This document shows positions 60,610-64,000 of a stretch of DNA of 64,000 nt, piece by piece. The number at the start of each line of letters is the position of its first letter. The first letter of the stretch is position 1. The notes below the pieces were generated by a model that did not search any database, was not told the origin of the DNA, and worked only from the letters and a program-made list of their open reading frames with translations. The translations under genes and the position numbers were made by a program. Source of the DNA: Candidatus Omnitrophota bacterium (lineage in GTDB: Bacteria; Omnitrophota; Gorgyraeia; Gygaellales; Profunditerraquicolaceae); NCBI GenBank assembly GCA_026387335.1, contig JAPLLX010000002.1:13326-77325 (forward strand), read 5' to 3'.

Positions 60610-62175
60610 ATGTCAACAGCCAAATTTTCGCGTCCAACCAATCAATCAGTCGCTAAATCAGCCAGTGTCATAGGACTGGCTACTCTTATCTCGCGTTTAT
60701 TGGGTTTTTTAAGAGATATTGTTATTGCCCGCCTTTTTGGCGTATATGTCTATGCCCAGGCATTTGTCATAGCCTTTAGGATCCCCAACCTCTTTCGGGA
60801 CTTAGTCGGTGAAGGAGCGACTAACGCCGCGTTTGTGCCGGTATTCAGTGAATACGCCAGTCAGCGCTCCAAAGAAGAATTTTGGGAGCTGGCTAACGTT
60901 GTTTTAAATATTTTATTGGTAATACTTATGTCCATAACTATCCTGGGCATAATATTCTCTCCCGTAATTGTGCGCCTGATTGCTCCCGGTTTTATCGCTT
61001 CCCCGGAAAAGTTGAATGCCACCATAACCCTTAACCGGATTATATTTCCTTATATCCTGTTGATCAGTTTAAGCGCTTATTCCATGGGGGTGCTTAATTC
61101 TTTGAAACATTTTGCTGTCCCTGCTTTCGCGCCCTGCCTTTTGAATATCTCAATAATTGTCTGCGCGCTTGTTTTTGGAGAGGGGATCAAGGGGTTGGCT
61201 TTGGGCGTGTTGTTAGGAGGCCTGTTACAACTGGCTATTCAAATCCCGGTTCTTTATAAAAAGGGATTTCGCTTGAAAAAGCCCCGGACTTTAAACCATC
61301 CTGCCGCCAGGCAGATAGGCAAATTAATGCTTCCCCGTGTTTTAAGTTCCTGCATTTATCAGTTGAATAATTTCGTAGATTCCATATTTGGTTCGCTCGC
61401 CTGGATTGTCGGTGAGGGGGGAGTCGCGGTCCTCTATTTTTCGTACAGGCTGATACAATTTCCGTTAGGGATTTTTAGCAACGCGATTTCCCAGGCTATC
61501 CTGCCGACTTTTTCTACGCAGGCATTGGAAGAATCGCACGACAAATTAAAAAATACTCTCTCCTGGGGTCTGCGCGCGGTCTTTTTTGTTATGCTGCCGG
61601 CTTCGGTAGGCTTTATGTTTTTAGCCGACCCGGTGATTACAACATTATTCGGCGGAGGCAGATTTGACGCTTATTCCGCCCGGCTTACCTCCGGAGCGCT
61701 TTTCTATTACAGCTTAGGATTATTTGCCTACGGCGGGACAAAAATATTACAAGCGTGTTTTTTTAGCCTCAAAGACACGGTTACCCCCACTAAAGTTGCG
61801 GCCGTATCATTGGTATCAAATGTCATTTTAATCGTGATATTAATGTTCCCGCTAAAGATTTCCGGGATCGCGCTGGCTACTTCCATATCGGGGATAATCG
61901 CCTTTTTTATCCTGTTTTTCATATTAGAGAAGAGGATCGGCGATTTTGGGAGAAGGCAGATAGTTGTTTCTTTCCTGCGCGTTTTGGCGGCAAGCTTCTG
62001 TATGGGGCTGGTCTGTTATTTCGCGGCCAAAATTCCTTTAAACAAATATTTAAGTTTAGCAATCAGCGTTGTATCCGGAGTATTTTCTTATATTGTTTTC
62101 TGCCTCATATTCAGAGTGAGCGAAATGCGCCAACTTTGGCATTGGATTATACTCAAAGAGAAGCCAGCAATTTAA
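60610..62175 (+). CDS. murJ: Lipid II flippase MurJ/MviN
   Basis: SRLLGFLRD, AFRIPNLFR.L.GEGA, RL.QFP.G.F, D..TP. Confidence 0.95.
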   Translation: MSTAKFSRPTNQSVAKSASVIGLATLISRLLGFLRDIVIARLFGVYVYAQAFVIAFRIPNLFRDLVGEGATNAAFVPVFSEYASQRSKEEFWELANVVLNILLVILMSITILGIIFSPVIVRLIAPGFIASPEKLNATITLNRIIFPYILLISLSAYSMGVLNSLKHFAVPAFAPCLLNISIIVCALVFGEGIKGLALGVLLGGLLQLAIQIPVLYKKGFRLKKPRTLNHPAARQIGKLMLPRVLSSCIYQLNNFVDSIFGSLAWIVGEGGVAVLYFSYRLIQFPLGIFSNAISQAILPTFSTQALEESHDKLKNTLSWGLRAVFFVMLPASVGFMFLADPVITTLFGGGRFDAYSARLTSGALFYYSLGLFAYGGTKILQACFFSLKDTVTPTKVAAVSLVSNVILIVILMFPLKISGIALATSISGIIAFFILFFILEKRIGDFGRRQIVVSFLRVLAASFCMGLVCYFAAKIPLNKYLSLAISVVSGVFSYIVFCLIFRVSEMRQLWHWIILKEKPAI

Positions 62176-62178
62176 ATA

Positions 62179-62373
62179 TATAGCTATTTCGCTCTCAGGG
62201 TATTGTTCGCGTGCGAAATTTTTCGCCGTGTGCTACGGTTTACGGCTCGTTCCGGCAGCGCAAGGTTCCTCACGCTAAAGGATATTGCCTACACTCGCCG
62301 TAAAGCCTTGCACACATTTGCCGAAAAATTTCTAATTGCACGCTTAACAATACCCTCAAGCAAAATATCTATA
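62179..62373. repeat. Long imperfect rod-like hairpin, family 4, copy 2
   Basis: Homologous to 34119-34300. Confidence 0.8.
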
Positions 62374-62427
62374 GAATGCACTAAGCGTATGGCTTGGCTT
62401 GTTTTGTCCCTGCGGGAAATAAGACAG

Positions 62428-62454
62428 CACCCGATCCTATCGGATGGATCGGTG
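62428..62454. repeat. Short hairpin family 5, copy 2
   Basis: CACCCGATCCTATCGGATGGATCGGTG. Confidence 0.7.
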
Positions 62455-62494
62455 TGCCGCTTTCTGCGGCAAGGCCAGACGCAGGGATATTTAT

Positions 62495-63739
62495 ATGAAT
62501 AATTTTATTATGTTAAAAAAGAAAATCGCGGGCGCTCCGGATACCTCCGGTGTTTATCTGATGAAGGATAAAACGGGCAAGGTTATTTATGTCGGCAAGG
62601 CCAAGTCATTAAAAAAGCGGCTGTTAAATTATGTAGGAAGGAACCTGGATACCAAAACCGTGATGTTGATGTCTAACGTAGCCGACATTGAATATCGGCT
62701 CGCTCCGACCGAAAGCCTGGCGTTGCTTCTGGAAGCCAGCCTTATCCATAAATATGAGCCGAAATATAATGTATCTTTACGCGACGATAAAAGTTTTCCG
62801 TTGGTAAAGATAACCAATGAAGAGTTTCCGGCGGTTTGGATTACGCGTAAGAGGGAGAATGACCAGGCAAGGTATTTCGGGCCCTACACCAGCGCCGGGC
62901 TGCTGAGGGAGGCATTAAAAATTATCCGCCAGCGTTTTCCATACCGTTCCTGTAAACAGATGCCCCGGAAGCCCTGCCTATATTACCGTATCGGCTTATC
63001 TCCCGCGCCTTGTATCGGTAAAATAAAGAAGACAGAATACGCCAGGAGAATAAAAAATATCTCCCTGATTTTAGAAGGTAAGATTGAAGCGCTGGTAAGA
63101 AAGTTGTTGCGCGAAATGAATTTCAAGGCCAAGAAACATGAATTTGAAGGGGCCGCGATAATCCGAGACCAGGTCAACGCTTTAAGTTCCCTAGCTGGAA
63201 ATTACGCGGGTTTACCCAATGCAGGAGACCTGACAGATTTAATGAATCTATTACAGCTAAAGAAACTACCGGAAAGGATAGAGGCGTTTGATGTATCTAA
63301 TATTTCAGGAAAAGAAGCAACCGGCTCAATGGTGAGTTTCTACCGGGGCTTGCCGGATAAGAACAATTACCGCAGGTTTCGGATCAAAACAGTTAAGACC
63401 ATTGATGATTACGGGATGCTGGCCGAAGTAGTCAGAAGGCGTTATTCCAGGCTCGTTAAAGAGAAGCTCCCCTTGCCGGATTTGATTATTATTGATGGGG
63501 GCAAGGCCCACCTTTTGACCGCCGATAGAGAACTGGCTAAACTCGGGCTCAAAACAATTCCTTTAGCCAGTTTTGCCAAAGAAGAAGAGCATATATATCT
63601 TTGGGATAAATCTAAGCCTCTAAAACTGGAATCAGATACACCGGCTCTAAATTTAATCCGCCGCGTCCGCGACGAAGCGCACAGGTTCGCGGTAGCGTAT
63701 CATCATATCCTAAGGCGTAAAAGGATTATTGGAAGATGA
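62495..63739 (+). CDS. uvrC: Excinuclease ABC subunit C (short form)
   Basis: GVYLM...IYVGKA..L..R, P.YN, FGPY, RIEAFD.SN, DD, IDGG, RDEAHRFA; no C-terminal HhH. Confidence 0.92.
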   Translation: MNNFIMLKKKIAGAPDTSGVYLMKDKTGKVIYVGKAKSLKKRLLNYVGRNLDTKTVMLMSNVADIEYRLAPTESLALLLEASLIHKYEPKYNVSLRDDKSFPLVKITNEEFPAVWITRKRENDQARYFGPYTSAGLLREALKIIRQRFPYRSCKQMPRKPCLYYRIGLSPAPCIGKIKKTEYARRIKNISLILEGKIEALVRKLLREMNFKAKKHEFEGAAIIRDQVNALSSLAGNYAGLPNAGDLTDLMNLLQLKKLPERIEAFDVSNISGKEATGSMVSFYRGLPDKNNYRRFRIKTVKTIDDYGMLAEVVRRRYSRLVKEKLPLPDLIIIDGGKAHLLTADRELAKLGLKTIPLASFAKEEEHIYLWDKSKPLKLESDTPALNLIRRVRDEAHRFAVAYHHILRRKRIIGR

Positions 63740-64000
63740 CTCCTTTTGCCAAGAAGGTTTATAGGGTTGTATTAAGTATACCCCTGGGCCAAGTGCGCAC
63801 CTATAAATGGGTAGCGCAAAAGGCGGGAAGACCTGGCGCCTGGCGGGCGGTAGGCACTATCTTAAATAAGAATCCTTTCCCGGTAATTATTCCTTGTCAT
63901 CGTGTAATAAAGAGCAATAATATATCCGGTGGTTATGTATTCGGCAAAAAGAGGAAAAAAGAGCTCTTAGGGTTAGAGGGGCGGATAAAAGAATGCTTAG
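63736..64000 (+). CDS. O6-methylguanine-DNA methyltransferase-like protein (3'-truncated by window)
   Basis: Manual translation from ATG 63736: MTPFAKKVY...IPLGQVRTY...RAVG...NP.PVIIPCHRV...GGY. Confidence 0.88.
   Translation, partial: MTPFAKKVYRVVLSIPLGQVRTYKWVAQKAGRPGAWRAVGTILNKNPFPVIIPCHRVIKSNNISGGYVFGKKRKKELLGLEGRIKECL

Noticed and set aside
62203-62502. 99-aa ORF between murJ and uvrC
   Set aside because: Lies entirely over the family-4 and family-5 hairpins; the homologous copy at 34119-34300 has no equivalent ORF in the track.

Overview
Gene-dense bacterial chromosomal window, almost all on the + strand, from a diderm (TolC, LptE, BamD-like genes). The overall gene style suggests Ca. 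Omnitrophota/PVC, but that is an unverified impression. All calls come from reading motifs by eye; no searches were run. From left to right: (1) 0.5-2.9 kb: a NYN/LabA-type nuclease with a convergent, promoter-driven small hairpin RNA candidate, an HEXXH peptidase, and a REP-associated tyrosine transposase (RAYT) flanked by its own palindromes. (2) 2.9-16.3 kb: one apparent operon in which a REC-GGDEF protein is followed by an incomplete, divergent F-type ATPase set (epsilon-N, c, b/delta, alpha, gamma, beta; no subunit a). This set runs directly into type II secretion/type IV pilus genes (GspE, F, L-like, M-like, G, I, J, K; no secretin), and a palindrome-flanked GIY-YIG gene sits between alpha and gamma. 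(3) 22-46 kb, possibly to 51 kb: an aromatic type II polyketide cluster (KS-alpha, chain-length factor, B12 radical SAM enzyme, ACP, two cyclases, SDR) with AccA, PadR, a 5'-deoxyadenosine/MTA salvage-like module and a TolC-ABC exporter. (4) 51-64 kb: housekeeping genes (rlmN, tRNA-Leu, tRNA-Ala, nfo, leuS, comEA/comEC, bamD-like, lptE, holA, rpsT, murJ, uvrC, MGMT). At least five distinct palindromic repeat families occur in intergenic regions, and two show compensatory base changes between copies.
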